The position numbers and the translations under genes were made by a program. Below are positions 17,869 through 40,961 of a stretch of DNA of 64,000 nt, one piece after another; position 1 is the stretch's first letter; each line of letters starts with the position of its first letter. Under the pieces are notes generated by a model. It made no database searches, was not told the DNA's origin, and was given only the letters and a program-made list of their open reading frames with translations. The stretch is from the human T2T-CHM13v2.0 reference genome, Homo sapiens. The DNA is taken from NCBI RefSeq assembly GCF_009914755.1, contig NC_060938.1; one strand, written 5' to 3'.

Positions 17869-18049
17869 GTATTTACTGAATGTCACCAAGGACTTGCCAA
17901 GGTCACATTGCTGTTTAGTAGCAGAAGTTAGTTGAGAACTAGATCACCTAGAGAGAAAATGCAAAATCTTAGAATATCTCCAGATTTTATTATTTACTTT
18001 TGGAAAGAGATTTTGGCATTCATTTAAATATCAATACATTTAATATTTT

Positions 18050-18668
<619 letters not shown>

Positions 18669-20629
18669 CTGTTTAATATTTTAGAAATTAACGGCAGCCA
18701 AAACAAATAAGAAAGCATACTGGGGTGTGTGGAGAGGGAAGGGGTGTGATGGGGGCGGGACTGGAAGCCCTTGGATCCTACTCGTTCTCCAAGGAAGCAG
18801 CTAACAGGTAGCACCTAAAGAGGCACAAACAAACAGATGTAGTGTGTGCAACTCAATTGGCTCCTGCATTAGGGGGAAAAGCAATTCTTGAAGGCATTTT
18901 TTGGGAAATTTGAATATGACAATAGGGGAAATTTGAATATGCATATGATATGATGGGATGTTAAAGAATCGTTGTTAATTTTCTTGCGTGTGATAATGGT
19001 GTTGTGGTTATGTAGGAGAGTGTCTTTATATTTGGGAGACACACGCTAAAGTGTTGAGGGGTGAAGTGTCATGATAATGCGACTGACTGTTAAACTGTTT
19101 AGCCAAACACACACGTGCACGCACACATACATACACAGTCATTAAAGCTAACGTGCCAAATGGGTAACAATTGCTGAATCTAAGTGGAGCGTGTTTATTG
19201 TACTGTTCTTTCAGCTCTTCAGGGTGTTGGGAAATGTTCATAGTTGAAAGCTGGATGGAGGCATGCAGCTCTTAGGAGATCCATACATACAGGTCCAGTT
19301 GAGAACCGTGTGCTGGGTATTTACAGGGGGTGACACTCCCTGAAGGTTAGAGAGAGGTGGCCTCTGACCCCTTCCTGCGTACAGGTGTGAGAGGCAGAGC
19401 ACCTCACTGTAGTCTGGATCTGCCCACAATGCCCTGTGGGCACTGGGTAGATAAGAGGGGAGGGCAACAGGTTTCTCTTAGGAAAGGAACTGAAGGGGCC
19501 AGTCTGAAAAAGTGATCTCTAGAGTGTGACTTGCACATAGTAGATGCTTAATAAATCTGCCAGTATTGTCTCAACAGATGCTTATGGATTTTATTGACAT
19601 TAGATGGTAAAACTGGAAACATAAGTGCCTGTTTATTAGTCTCTTCTACTACACCGGTGGATTCCTTTGAGGAGTTGGTCTGACAGTCCCCTGAGAAGAG
19701 GCAGTGGCTGGCTGTCAGTGCTGTCTTGGAAACCCCTTTCTCCCTTAGTTGCCTAGAAAAACCTCCATAAGGGGCAGTGCATCTCAACTGACCCCACTCT
19801 ACCCTGGGATGAGGATGGCCAAAGCAGGTGGCCAGGGGAGCATGAAGGACCAAGAAGTGCTTGGTATACAGTAGGCACTCAGTGGCTATCCCCTGGGTGG
19901 TAACCAATCATTTGCTGAGTCCCTATTATGTGCCGGGCATGGTAGTCCTTTGCATCCTCCTCATGAACCTCATTATTCTGGTTTTACGAACATGTGAGAA
20001 GAAAGGGAACCAAGGATGGTAGGAAGTTCCTCCTGGAGCTGCAGAAAGAGAAAGAGGCAGAGAGAGGGCAAGGGCACAGGGGAAGGGGCAGCGGTTTGGG
20101 GAGCGAGTCAGACCAGCCTTCCTCGCAGCAGAAACGTACAAGAAGGAAAAGGTGTTGAGTCTGCCAAAGAGGAGGGGAAGCAATGACCTCTGTGTGAAGG
20201 TGGACAAGCAGAAGATGCAGATGCCTGGGTAAAGTCAACTCCAGCCTCTTTCTAGTCATGAGGTTTTGACCTGAGCTGGGTCTACTTAGGTCAATCCCCA
20301 TGGCTGACCTAGGACAAAGCAGGCACTAGCCTTGAAGTTGCAAGACCTGGGCTGATCCCCATAGGCCTTGATAGCTGCATGACTTGTGGGTCAGTAGACA
20401 ATCAGAGTGCACTGTCTGCAGGGAATTCACAAACAGTAACAAAACTGACTAAAAGTCACCCTGCCTTTTAGCAACACCTTGTGCTGGCAATTCTGAACAA
20501 TGGCAGTGATAAAGGACTTCTCCCTGGAAGAACTCCATTGTCAGGCTAAGTTCTAAGCAATTGCTGCCATTACCACTGAATTTTAATAAAATATAGGTAA
20601 GCTTCAGACTAGCTCATTTTTATTAGTTA

Positions 20630-21736
<1,107 letters not shown>

Positions 21737-21767
21737 TTTTCTGGCCATTTTATTATTTGTTTCATTC

Positions 21768-22285
21768 TATATTCGTCTGTTTCCACACTGCTGATAAAGA
21801 CATACCTGAGACTAGGCAATTTACAAAAGAAAGAGGTTTAATAGGACTTACAGTTCCACATGGCTGGGGAAGCCTCACAATCATGGTGGAAGGCAAGGAG
21901 GAGCAAGTCTCATCTTACATGGATGGCAGCAGGCAAAGAGAGAATAAGGAAGATGTAAAAGCGGAAACGCCTTATATAACCATCAGATCTCGTGAGACTT
22001 ATTCATTAACATGAGAACAATATGGGGGAACTGCCCCCATGATTCAATTATCTCCCACCACATTCCTCCCATAACACTTGGGAATTATGGGAGTACAATT
22101 CAACATGAGATTTGGGTGGGGACACAGAGCCAAACCATATCATTCCGCCCCTGGCCCCTGCAAATCTCATGTCCTCACATTTCAAAACAAATCATGCCTT
22201 CCCAATAGTCCCCCAAAGTCCTAACTCATTTCAGCATTAACTCAAAAGTCCACAGTCCAAAGTCTCATCTGAGACAAGGCAAGTC
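21768..22285 (-). mobile_element. THE1 (THE1B-like) LTR plus adjacent THE1-int fragment (from 22143)
   Basis: CTGCTGATAAAGACATACCTGAGACT...GACACAGAGCCAAACCATATCA followed by TTCCGCCCCTGGCCCC internal sequence. Confidence 0.85.
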
Positions 22286-23467
22286 ATTAAAAATAAAGTA
22301 CGGGTTGAAACCCACGAAAGTGATTTCAAGAGCCACCAATGGGTTGAAACCCCCAGTTTGGAAATCTTTGGGCTAAATGATCCACTGACATTCTGTGGGT
22401 GTATAACCAACGGTCCTGAGCTCAGATTCCCAGGGCCAGGCCTGAGGGATGAAGGGGTGGACAGGGAGGAAGCAGGGGTGATGTCCTGGTCGGCCCCTAC
22501 AGCCAGCAGGTTGGAAGGCAGATCTCCAGATGCTTTTAAACAAGCCCAAAATACAGTGTCTTAGGTGAAATAGCTCCCAATTTTTAACAGTTAGCAGGTA
22601 TTAACTCTGGTTTTAAATCCAATATAATAAGTTTGTCATTTTGATTTTTGAATACTGTGCAAGTAAGCAAGTGACGGGCAGGGGAGGGGGGTGGCGGGGA
22701 AGAGAGAGAGAGAGAGAGAGAGAAACCTATATGGCCAGAGGTTTAGTTCTCTATGTAAATTATCAATCCTCTTTTTCTTCATCTTTGCCAGCCTGTCCTA
22801 TATCAAATCAGTTCAGCCGAATCACAGCCAGAAAGACCCCTGTGCCTAGAACAGGGCGCATGTTTGCTTAATTCACCTCCAGACCCACTCCTCAGCCCAG
22901 TCTTGTTTGCAAGCACCCCTCCCTCACTCAGCATGTCTGGGTTAGCTTTGCAACCACAGAGTCACTGGAGGCAAAGAGTGCCTTAGGTAGCAGGAGGTGA
23001 AAAGTGTTCCCTGGGAATGTCTTTTCCACCTGATCCCCATTCCCGAGCATCCTTGGGTCACCCATGGCCTGCCTCCAGTGGGTGCAGAGGGTAGCTCCTT
23101 CCAGAGGGCCCAGGTGCTAATGACAGGTCATGGCATCTGAAGCCTGGGCTGGCTCAGGAGGCAGAAGAAAGTGAGCAACTGTGGCTCCTGCCAGGAAGAG
23201 ACCTGGGCAGCTACACAGAATAACTAGTTTCACCTCTGCATCCTCTCTTTGCCCTGCCCTGCTGATTGTACAATCGTTTTTCTAGAGTGAGAAACACCAG
23301 CTCCATACCTTGTGATTGGTTTTCTCCTCCAAGTGACAGCTTGGGGAAGAATACTGCCACTCAACTACTGAATTTGAGGATTCCTTAATCTCCCTGACCC
23401 TGGGGTGTGGTCTCAGAAAACAAAAGAGGCAATGTAAAAGCAAACTATATCCTATTAAAAAATTATG

Positions 23468-23804
<337 letters not shown>

Positions 23805-24102
23805 TCAATGAGCCTTCATGTACCCATTGCTCTGCTTCAACAGTTATCAATATTCTATTAATTTTGTGCCATTTTAAAAAAATGAGCCTTTGAAGTCATG
23901 TTTACTGCCAGGGAAAGATCTTCTTGGTTTATGGAAAAAGACAGTTTATAAAATATTAATAGTTATTGTAGTGTGATTTCAGTCATGTTAAAATGCACTT
24001 TTAGACATTTGGAACAGCAGATTACCACAAGGTAAATGTGTCTGATGGACTACTGCTGAGCACTTAGTATCTGTGGCTTGTTCTGGTGGCTTATTTTTTT
24101 AA

Positions 24103-24999
<897 letters not shown>

Positions 25000-27900
25000 T
25001 ATTCTTGCTAAATTAAAAAAAAAGTTATAATGCTGTCAACTGGATGATCCTAATTTTGATTCTGATAAAATATTAGCATAGGAAGAAGGCTTGGATGGAT
25101 GCCAAAAAGTTAGCAGTAATGTTATGTGGGCTGGGCTTCTGTGATAGCTTGGATTCTTCTTGCTTATTTTTATAGTCTACTTTTTTTTCCTATGTGGTGC
25201 ATATAGAAAAATGAAAGCAACTTAAACATTCAAAATAAATAAAGGTTTATTTTATGAATCTCAGTGCCATTGCATATGAAAGCAAGAAGTGCAACTGGGT
25301 GCTCTACCTAAGGTCCTGAGCTGGAAGAACCTGTCTGAGGAAGAACCTGTCTGATGAAAAACCCATCTTTGTCAGACAGGTTTGAGAGAGGACACTGGAA
25401 ATGGCTTTGTTTCCTCAGGTATCAAAGAGGGTGGAGATGGGGTTACAGGTGTGGGCATTGCACAGGCAAAACAAAACACCCAACAGAACCTAGGGAGTCC
25501 TTTGTGCATGGGCACACACAAGAGAGTGGCACTTTAGGCAAATGGCCCTAATCTAGTGCAGCAGGGTTGAAATGAGTGCTTGGCTCCTCGTAAAATAAGG
25601 TTCCATTTCCCAAGGAGACTTTAAGCAGCTTGTACATGGAGTGAACCCAGAAAATCTGCACGAGTCTCAGTTAATTTAGAAAATTTATTTTGCCAAGGTT
25701 GAGGACGGGCCCGTGACACAGCCTCAGGAAGTCCTGATGACATGTGTCCAAGGTGGTCGGGGCACAGGCATGTGTTTATACATTTTACGGAGACATGAGA
25801 CATCAATCAATATATGTAAGTAGTACATTAGTTCCGTCCAGAAAGGCGGGGACAACTCAAAGCAACCCTCGCCCCACCCCGTCCCTCGCACCCCCAGGTT
25901 TCCAGGTCACAGATCTATGGGAGATTCTTTTGAGTTTCTGATCAGTCTTTTCAAAGGAGGCAATCAGAATATGCGTCTATCTCTGTGAGCAGAGGGATGA
26001 CTTTGAATATAATGGGCGACAGGTTTGCCCTGAGTGGTTCCCAGCTTGAGGGGGCCAAGATATTTTCCTTTCACATTTCCCCCCTTTTCTTTTTAAAAAT
26101 CTTTTGGAGAAAGCATTTTAGAAGAAAGTGAATCTCTGGTCTCAGGTTTCATCTGATCTCTCATGGCAAGGACAGTTTATTCCTAGACGGGTAGGCCTCA
26201 AAAGCCCATTTTTAGCAGGTTGTGAAGTCTCATGTCCTATAAAGAGAAAATGCGGGGAGGAAGGGAGAAAAACAACAACAAACAAAAGAACAATCCTGGA
26301 AAAATTGAGATAGGCCACATTACTCTAAAGTTCATACATTAGTAGGCAGGTATGAAAGTGGCTTATGTATGTAAATAGGTTACTGTTATTTTCTTCTGAG
26401 GTTTGAGTTGTTTAGCTTCAGTTCACAGGGCTTTAAGAAAGCACAGCTGAGTTTTCAGTGACTCCAAATTGGGCAAAATGGAAAAAAAAGAAAAAACCTG
26501 AAAATATTATTTTGAAGACTTGTAGCCAAGAAAAATTAGAATTTGGTTCAAACTGTAGAAAATAATAAAAATTGAAAAAACATTAGGCAAGACTAGAATC
26601 TAACAACAGGTGTACTATAGTTTTGAAAAAATTTTTCTCCAGTTTCCCATTTTTACTAAAGATAAATCATGCTAGAACTGGTTTGCTTTATTACACTTGG
26701 CCTAATTATTTGCCTACAGTGCAGCGAGAATAATTATTTTTTACACAGGCTTTTAAATTGGCTTTGGTGGAACTTCCTCCATAAGAGGAATCTCAGGTAA
26801 GACTTTTTAAAGCCAAGCCCAGCCATAGATATGTGTCATCAAATACCTGTGAGTTGAGTGAATTTCCTCTCCTGTTGACATTCCAAGATAAACCTGGGGC
26901 TTCTGTGCCTGTCAGAAAGTGACATACTTTATTTACCACAGGTCACAAACCCTGTACATGGACTGTGTACACAAAATATGAGGGCAGTTTCCCAAAGGCT
27001 TTATTGACTGTATAAGTCAAGTTTGATTCCTTAAAGGAAAGCACACCATTCCAGTCAAAGCCTTGGTATAATAACTAGTTTCTCCAATTGTGTCCTGTTA
27101 CAAATGAGAACAGATTCTTATTACACTTATGCAAATAACCATATTACCATAAGTTAAAAATACTCACAAATAGTTTCCAAATTCTGGAGAAATTATGTAG
27201 AGAGAAACAAATATGCTCCAAATTTTGTTCATAGAATTATACTGAACTGTTAAAAGCTGTCAATAGCTCAAAAGAAAAGTTTTAAGGCTCTGAAAAACAA
27301 AACAAAGGATCAGCAAACATTTTAAGCAAAAAGTCAATAAGATTAGTTCAGTCCAGGCAGTTAATTCCTGTTCTGCTTGATACTCATGAACGTTTTAGCT
27401 CTCCATGAGTCCTGAAAGTTTTTCTTCTATTCTAATGTCACAATCTCCAAAGTTATCAGAAACCTCCATTCAAGAGCACCTATTATAGTTTTATAGCTGA
27501 TTATAAGACCACCTTCTAAAGAGAACAAAACAAGACAATTGTCCATGGATGGACAAAGTCTTAGGGCAACCATAGTCAAAGACATAATTGATGAAGAAAT
27601 TTGTTACTTCTGTGGCACACTGTAATTTTAACATAACAATTATGATTATTACTGATAATGTACACTAAATTATATCCTAATTATAGTTTTCCCTAATTTT
27701 GGAACACATACCAATAACATATTTATACAAAAATAGCTCAAAGAAAACCCAACACCATTTCATATTTGACAATGCTTCCTGTATAATTTTTGTATCAAAT
27801 AAGCCAAATTATGGTTTTTTTTGGACTTTAGGGAACCTAAATATCTTAAAGGACTAATTAGGTCAGAAAAAAGACATAATTTATAATCCAATTTTGGAAA

Positions 27901-28108
27901 GTTTGTCAAATATCAAAGGTTTTAAACACTTGATATCACAAAATAGGATCACAGGTCATTGTAAAATAAGTCATTCATTTAACCAAAGTGATAACTCAAG
28001 GATTAAAAAAAAAAAAAAGGAGAAAACCTTTATTCTTTGAGACAGACAACTAAATTTTCCAAACAATAAGCCCTAATAAAAACAGCATGGGCCAGGCGTG
28101 GTGGCTCA

Positions 28109-28423
<315 letters not shown>

Positions 28424-28851
28424 TTATAAACAATCTATAAAATTTTAATCTTGACCATAAGATATAACTTCCATAAACCTTTTATAGCCTTTATAACCTT
28501 TATTAAGGAGTTGGATAATGCTTCAAGAAAACCTTGTTAATCTGACATAGGCCCATATGCTGGTCTTGCATCAGTGTGCCTTTAACATTAATGATTAATT
28601 TATAGAGAAACTGAACTTATTTTATCATTCAAAATTGGCGCTTATAATCTTAGGTGCCTACCTCTTCCACAATAGTCCCTGGGCCTTGAGGAGTTGAATA
28701 ACTTCAATTTCTTGCCCTATGTCTCAGGAATGCAGTTTACTTTGATTGGCATCTTCTATGGGGCCTAAAGATGAGGCTTTAATTGCTGTCAGTGTTTAAG
28801 ATTTAGCAGGACTTGGTGTCTTTTTTAGACTCAGGAATCAAAGCCCTGTAA

Positions 28852-29292
<441 letters not shown>

Positions 29293-30144
29293 TGATCATA
29301 TTAAAGTTTTTGCTTTTCAATATAAATCCTCTTATTGTGACTTACACTGACCATTTGTGACACGCTTGGACTTTCTGGTTTGTGCTGAACATCCCTCCTT
29401 CTTAAACAACCATTTTATTTTAGGATTAAATTTACCATACGAGATTCTTTCTCATATAAAATTATTTCGCTTTAAGCTTTCTTACCACAAAAAATACCTC
29501 TTTATTTTTATTATTTTTTATTTATTTATTTTTTGAGAAGGAGTCTTGCTCTGTCGCCCAGGCTGGAGTGCAGTGGCGTAATCTTGGCTCACTGCAAGCT
29601 CTGCCTCCTGGGTTCATGCCATTCTCCTGCCTCAGCCCCCGAGTAGCTGGGACTACAGGTGCCTGCCACCAGGCTGGCTAATTTTTTGTATTTTTAGTAG
29701 AGACGGGGTTTCACTGTGTTAGCCAGGATGGTCTCGATCTCCTGACCTCATGATCTGCCTGCCTCAGCCTCCCAAAGTGCTGGGATTACAGGTGTGAGCC
29801 ACCGGGCCTGGCCAATACCTCTTTATTTTTATAACTTTCTTTACATCTCTTTATTTTCTGGTTCCTTTTACCTTGTTTCATACATAACCTTTAAGTTAGC
29901 TTTGAATTAGAAAAAACTTGTACACCTTTTTAAAAAAAGGATACACTTTTTTTTTTTTAGCAAGAATGTTTTCCTACAATATATATTTATTGGAAAATAC
30001 CCAAATAATGAAATCTCTGTTACTTAACTTTGTATCCTAAATTCTGACCAGTTTATCTATAAGTATTCATCCCATTACATTTACCTAATTATTTTAATTG
30101 TTTACTTAGATTATTTATGAAAACTGTGATATGATTTAAAGTTA

Positions 30145-30385
30145 TGAAACCACCATTGCAAAGTTATAACTGAGACAGTGAAAAAAGATTTGACCTAACT
30201 GACTCCATCTTGCTCTTAACCTCCAAGCTGTCCTTGTTCATTCCTGGATATAGGCTGAACTAACTTTAAGAGGAACTTAGTTTATAGTTTAGCTTTGAAA
30301 CAAAGATGGTAACAGTCCTTTCCCAAAACAAACCTCCTCATTGCCTGTGGACTAGGTTGCCTAGAGCTACAAGATCAGAAGTTAT
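30145..30385 (+). mobile_element. LTR8-like fragment embedded in the MER4 internal region
   Basis: TGAAACCACCATTGCAAAGTTATAACTGAGACAGTG...CTCCATCTTGC...CCAAGCTGTCCTTGTTCATTCCTGG. Confidence 0.65.
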
Positions 30386-30611
30386 GGAAATCTTACTAAA
30401 TTTAAGATGCAGATATTTTCATTAAAGCAATATAAATGTCTTATTTATTAAAAATCACACAAGCAAAGACCATTCTGTTTTTGGCTCAGTTTATAGTTTT
30501 GCTATAACCCCTGTGCCAAGTTTTGACACCTTCTATTGTTTGGCAGGGATAAGTATGAAATTGCTTGATTAATAAATGCAAACAAAGATGTACGCTGGCA
30601 ATTCTTTTTGA

Positions 30612-30716
<105 letters not shown>

Positions 30717-31657
30717 TGAGTAGCTGGAATTACAGGCACCTGCCACCATGCCCAGCTAATTTTTGTATTTTTAGTAGAGATAGAGTTTCACCATGCTGGC
30801 CAGGCTGGTCTCGAACTTCTGACCTCAGGTGATCCGCATGCCTTGGCCTCCCAAAGTGCAGAGATTACAGGTGTGAGCCACCACACCCAGGCTGTATGCT
30901 GGCAATTAAGACATTTCTAATATTACTTTACCAATAATTTTAAAGCTAGCTTATTCATTAAAGATTTTACTTAAGTTACATAAATTTAAAAAAGCATTTG
31001 ACTAGTCTTTTCTTTTTTAGTAGCACTTTAATTTTTTTAAGCCAATTAATTAGAGCTCTTTTATGTATTATTTTAGTAGTAAAACATTGTGTATATAACA
31101 CATAAATACACAGACATATTCGACATGCCAATGGAAGCACATTTTACAGATTCATAAAAATGCTTTTGGCTGGGCGTGGTGGCTCACACCTGTAATCCCA
31201 GCACTTTGGGAGGCTGAGGCAGGTGGATCACGAGGTCAGGAGTTCAAGACCAGCCTGGCCAACATGGTGACACCACATCTCTACTAAAAACACACACACA
31301 AAAAAAATTAGCGGGTGTGGTGGCACGTGCCTGTAATCCCAGCTATTCGGGAGGCTGAGGCAGAGAATTTCTTAAACCTGGGAGGCAGAGGTTGCAGTGA
31401 GTCGTGATTGTGCCACTGCACTCCAGCCTGGGCGACAGAGCAGTGGCTGGGGGTGGGGGGGTGCGGGGCGGGGAGGGGTTTCTTTTTTTTTTCCCTATCT
31501 TCGACTTTCAGATTCTTGGTAACCTGTTTTACAACCCTGGGCAGTTGTCAGCTAAATAGCCTTAAATTTGCATATTAAGGGAAGTCAAATAGTAAAATTT
31601 ACATTATAAGGTGCAGAGAGAAAAATTTGGATTATAGAAATTATAAAGGCCTTTTAA

Positions 31658-31659
<2 letters not shown>

Positions 31660-31712
<53 letters not shown>
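31660..31712. repeat. (CA)n microsatellite
   Basis: ~26 CA units. Confidence 0.95.
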
Positions 31713-31716
<4 letters not shown>

Positions 31717-32247
31717 GCAGCTTTTATTTCAGAGCTTTTAGCCATGAGATAAATACAAATTTACTGGCTTGCAAAAAGAACTTGTTGGATCTAAACAATG
31801 GTTTTGTCTTAATAGAAAAATAACAGCAGATTTAGAGCAGGCAGAAAAGGACAGAGAAAAAGAGGACTTAGGAACTCTGTAGTTTGCAGGTCAACCTTAG
31901 GGCTCTTTTTCCTTAATATAAATGTGCACAAAGATCTTATTATTTTCATTTTACATAAACTTTGGCAAGTAGAGGTGCCATAAAATCTATGGAGTGCTGA
32001 AAAGGGGGTCATTCTCCTTGTTTTCTCCTCATTTTTAGATTGTTTCACGCTTCTTTTTATTTCTTAAAAGGAGCACCTGAGCTGTGGTCTAGGGTTTTTG
32101 TGTGGTAGATTGACATGTGCTGCTTGTTGGCAGGACTCCAGAGTCTGTCACCACTGAGTCGTTTCCATCCCTTTACGTGTCTCAGTTTCTCTCTCGAGAG
32201 GTCTATGACCTTGGAGAGGGCTCAGAATGCTGTGTCATCAGCCCTGA

Positions 32248-32466
<219 letters not shown>

Positions 32467-33550
32467 TAGCCAGGATGGTCTCAATCTCCTGACCTCATGA
32501 TCCCACTCTCCTCGGCCTCCCAGAGTGCTGGGATTACAGGCGTGAGCCACTGCACCCGGCTAACAAGCCATTTTTAAAATTAATTTTTGCTGGGGATCTC
32601 CCAGCAGGGCTGCTGCACATAGCAGGGGGTCAGCCCCCTAGAGACTCTCACAAGGCCCCCAGTCACCCAGGAGTGCCTTTCAGCTGGAAGGAGCAAAATG
32701 CCCTTTCTCTTTGGAGCTGAGAAAACTCAGTCTCTTATTAACAGATGAAAACAGTTCAGTTCCTCATGCAAATACACACAGACAAACCAAATTAAGATTA
32801 AATTTAGGAGAAAACGCAATAAAGAAGACCCTTTAAAATGCATCTCTGAACTAGAATTAGGATAACAACTTTAGATGGGAACAAACAACAACAACAAAAA
32901 ACCTCAACAATATGATGAGGAGAAATTAAGACCAGCTGGTTGTTAATCTTAACTTTAGCCAAGACAAACCCCAATTCGGTTACTTACCTAAGGAATGGGT
33001 CTCAGGCTGAAGACTGCTCTCTACCATCCTAGAAGCAGGGGAAAAGAACAACAACTCATCTTCCCTGTTAGAAGTGAGCTCAAACTCCATAAAGGAGTTA
33101 CCTGCCTTCCATCATCAAAGAAGCAGAAAAAACTTGCTTTCCTTGTGTTGGAAGCGAATAAAACTCCAAAAAAAAAAAAAAAAAAAAAAAAGAGAGGAGT
33201 TGTACAGCAAAATAAACTTATGATCTCGACCACATTTTGAGAGATCAGAGATTCTCTGGAGGGGGTGCTCTCAGACCTCAGCAAATTGTCCTATTGATTT
33301 GAGGCATAAAGTTAGCTCATGCTGGTACCAAGCACTGATAGGAGATTTGTCAAAGGTCAGGGGCATCTCTACTCAGAATCCCTACATGGTTACCAACATG
33401 TGAACCCAGAAAATCTGAGACAGGTCTCAGGGGCCCAAGATATTTTCCTTTCACAATGGAAAACAAAACAAAGTCCAGGATCAAAGCCCTGACTGAGTCA
33501 AAAAAGAATTCTTAGATAAAGAAAGCAATGATTACGACAAAAAGAGAATC

Positions 33551-35537
<1,987 letters not shown>

Positions 35538-36489
35538 TTAGGGTGATAAGGAAAGACACATACTATGACCATCCCTGGGCATCTCCTCATAAGGAAGTGG
35601 GGAAAGATTTTTATAGGGTTTGGAGCTTATGCTGAATGATTTGGGAATGGAACAAGGGGAAGCAGGAGCAGCTCTGGATTGAGTGTCACAGTGAAGCAAG
35701 GACAGTTTGGCAGTTGTGTTTCTCAGGAATATTTGTTCAGGAGGCAGGAGAAACCAGGGTATCACTTGCATCTGTGGTTTGCATTATGTTGCTATTGGAC
35801 AGTTCTAGTTTAGATAATCATTGCTAGACTAGAGACCAGGGAGAAAAAAAAGAATGTCTGGTTAAAGATTATCAGAGCCCTTCTAGAATTGGTGAAAGGT
35901 CATTAGGCTCCTCCCAAGGCCACACGTAGCTGGATGAGGCTCCTAGAAAGGGATCTTAAAACCATTAAAGTCTCTTAAAAATTTGCTCAGTTGTTTTGTT
36001 GGGAATGCAAAGTTCTTCCAGGAAGAAACAGCTATTTATACCAACCACAGCGCTCTACTCCAGCTTATGTTTGGGACAGTTTCTTTCAAAGACTTTAGAG
36101 AATCTGATTCCATGGGTTTAAGGAAGGCCTGGAAATTGCATTGTTAAGCAGACCTTCCAATGGGTCCAACTCTGGTGGGTCTCTGAGTTTGAGAATCAGT
36201 GACTTTGAAAGTGCTTCTATAGGCTTGGTGACCCACTGCAAAGAACGAAAGAGGTGCCCAAGAGAGGGCATGAAATGGCCCTTTAAGAAAAGCCATCTGC
36301 TTCACAGAATGTCATCTGATGAGGGAAGTCAGGGAGAGGATTTAATGTGAGGCCAGGTGTCTACACTGTCCCTGGGGCAGGGTAACTCCCGTAACACTCA
36401 CCCTTTTAAGCCCACTTCCCTGTGTTAGTGTGTTGAGCTCCTTGGCTCAGGCCTGTGCTCTTCCAATCTTATTGTTCACCTACCCTTTA

Positions 36490-36644
36490 AGTGTCCAAGA
36501 GAGAATACAGTCATGGGTTCTTAGTTTCTGTTTCTGGTTGGACCAGTAAAGCCCCTTCCTCATCCCTCTTTTCTGCTTATCACTAGAGACAGAAACTAAA
36601 AACCCTGGCTTCAGGCTGCTAAAAGGCTAAAACAAAACAAAACA
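36490..36644. mobile_element. Short hAT-type DNA transposon relic (MER107-like)
   Basis: GTGTCCAAGAGAGAATACAGTCATGGGTTCTTAGTTTCTG...GACAGAAACTAAAAACC with internal inverted repeat; family name from memory. Confidence 0.45.
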
Positions 36645-36664
36645 GTATTGACATTTCAGAATAA

Positions 36665-39548
<2,884 letters not shown>

Positions 39549-40656
39549 TGGAAGTTATTTTCTAAGCCTCAGTCTCCTCTTATGAAAGCTTGTTGTGTTT
39601 TGGGGAAGTAGGTGGTTTAATGCAAAGTTCTGAGCATGTGTCAGGAACAGTAAGCACTTGATAAATGTGAGTTATTATTATGGGTATGTGGTCTAAATTT
39701 GGTCTATCTTTTAAATCTGCCCAGGACAGGAAATGCTTATAAAATGCTTTGAGACTCAAAAGATAAATCACTGTAATCATCATGCTACTCTGCTCCTTAT
39801 TAGCCCTATTTTACTGGGGAAGGTTGAGTAAGATAGGCATGTGCTGAGTTAGGGCTGTGGGGAGTGTCAGTGCCTCAGAAACTAAGCAGGGCATCCACAG
39901 TGTCTGAGCCCCTCAGCCTAAACTCGGTTTCCATTTTAGCCTCTGCTTCCCTGGCCAAGGCGCTCAACTCCACTCTGTTCACTCCTCCATTCCACCCCAG
40001 AGTTGACCTTGGCCCATTGGAAGAGCTCTTGGGCTTGAATCCTACACTGTCACTAATAGTTATTGAGCTTGGGAAAGAAACTTCTCAAAATATATTTCCT
40101 CTACCGTAAAACAGGATTAGCAGTACCTCTCTTAGGGCTGTTGAGGGGGTCAAATGAAAGAAGCCTATGGAACTCCTTGAACAGTACCTGGGCATGTATC
40201 AGCCCTCCAATTATTCCTGAATGTTACAATTACAGTAGGTAACCATTAGGAAATCTTCTTGTGCCTAATCATGCAAGGAAGATAGGCATGACCCAGGCAG
40301 ATAAGACGGTTTCACATGTCTTTGCCAAAGCAGGGCCTAGTGCTGGAAGATAAAGCGGGTTTGGCCTGCTTTGGTGAAAGGTTGGTGGGTGCTTGGGAAT
40401 TTAATCTAGGGCAGTCAGGGCCATTTTGAAATGGAGCTGCTTGTTTATTCAACATTTGGGATTTCACCTTTGTTGACAATAATACTGAGAAACATCATCC
40501 TCATCTATGAGGTGAGCTCTTTGGCAGCCATGTTTGTACCATGTGACCTCATCTTTGATTGGACCAGAATAGACACCTTACCTAAACGGGGCCAATCAGG
40601 TTTTCCTTTCCAGGGAACTTGGAATTGAGACTCACATGCTCATTCTGGGATCTACC

Positions 40657-40961
40657 TTTTTTTTTTTTTTTTTTTTTGTGAGACAGAGTCTTGCTCTTTG
40701 CCCAGGCTGGAGTGCAGTGGTGTGATCTCGGCTCACTGCAACCTCCGCCCCCCGAGGTTCAAGTAATTCTCCCACCTCAGCCTCCCGAGTAGCTGGGATT
40801 ACAGGCGCCTGCCACCATGCCTGGCTAATTTTTGTATTTTTAGTAGAGACGGGGTTTCACCATGTTGGCCTGGCTGGTCTTGAACTCCTGACCTCAGGTG
40901 ATCCTCCTGTCTTGGCCTCCCAAAATGTTGGGATTACAGGTGTGAGCCACTGCACCCGGCT
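40657..40961 (-). mobile_element. Alu (S)
   Basis: Alu consensus; TSD tgggatctac. Confidence 0.9.

Noticed and set aside
25323-25354. 16-nt tandem duplication GGAAGAACCTGTCTGA
   Set aside because: Simple slippage duplication with no array or spacer structure; nothing CRISPR-like in this window
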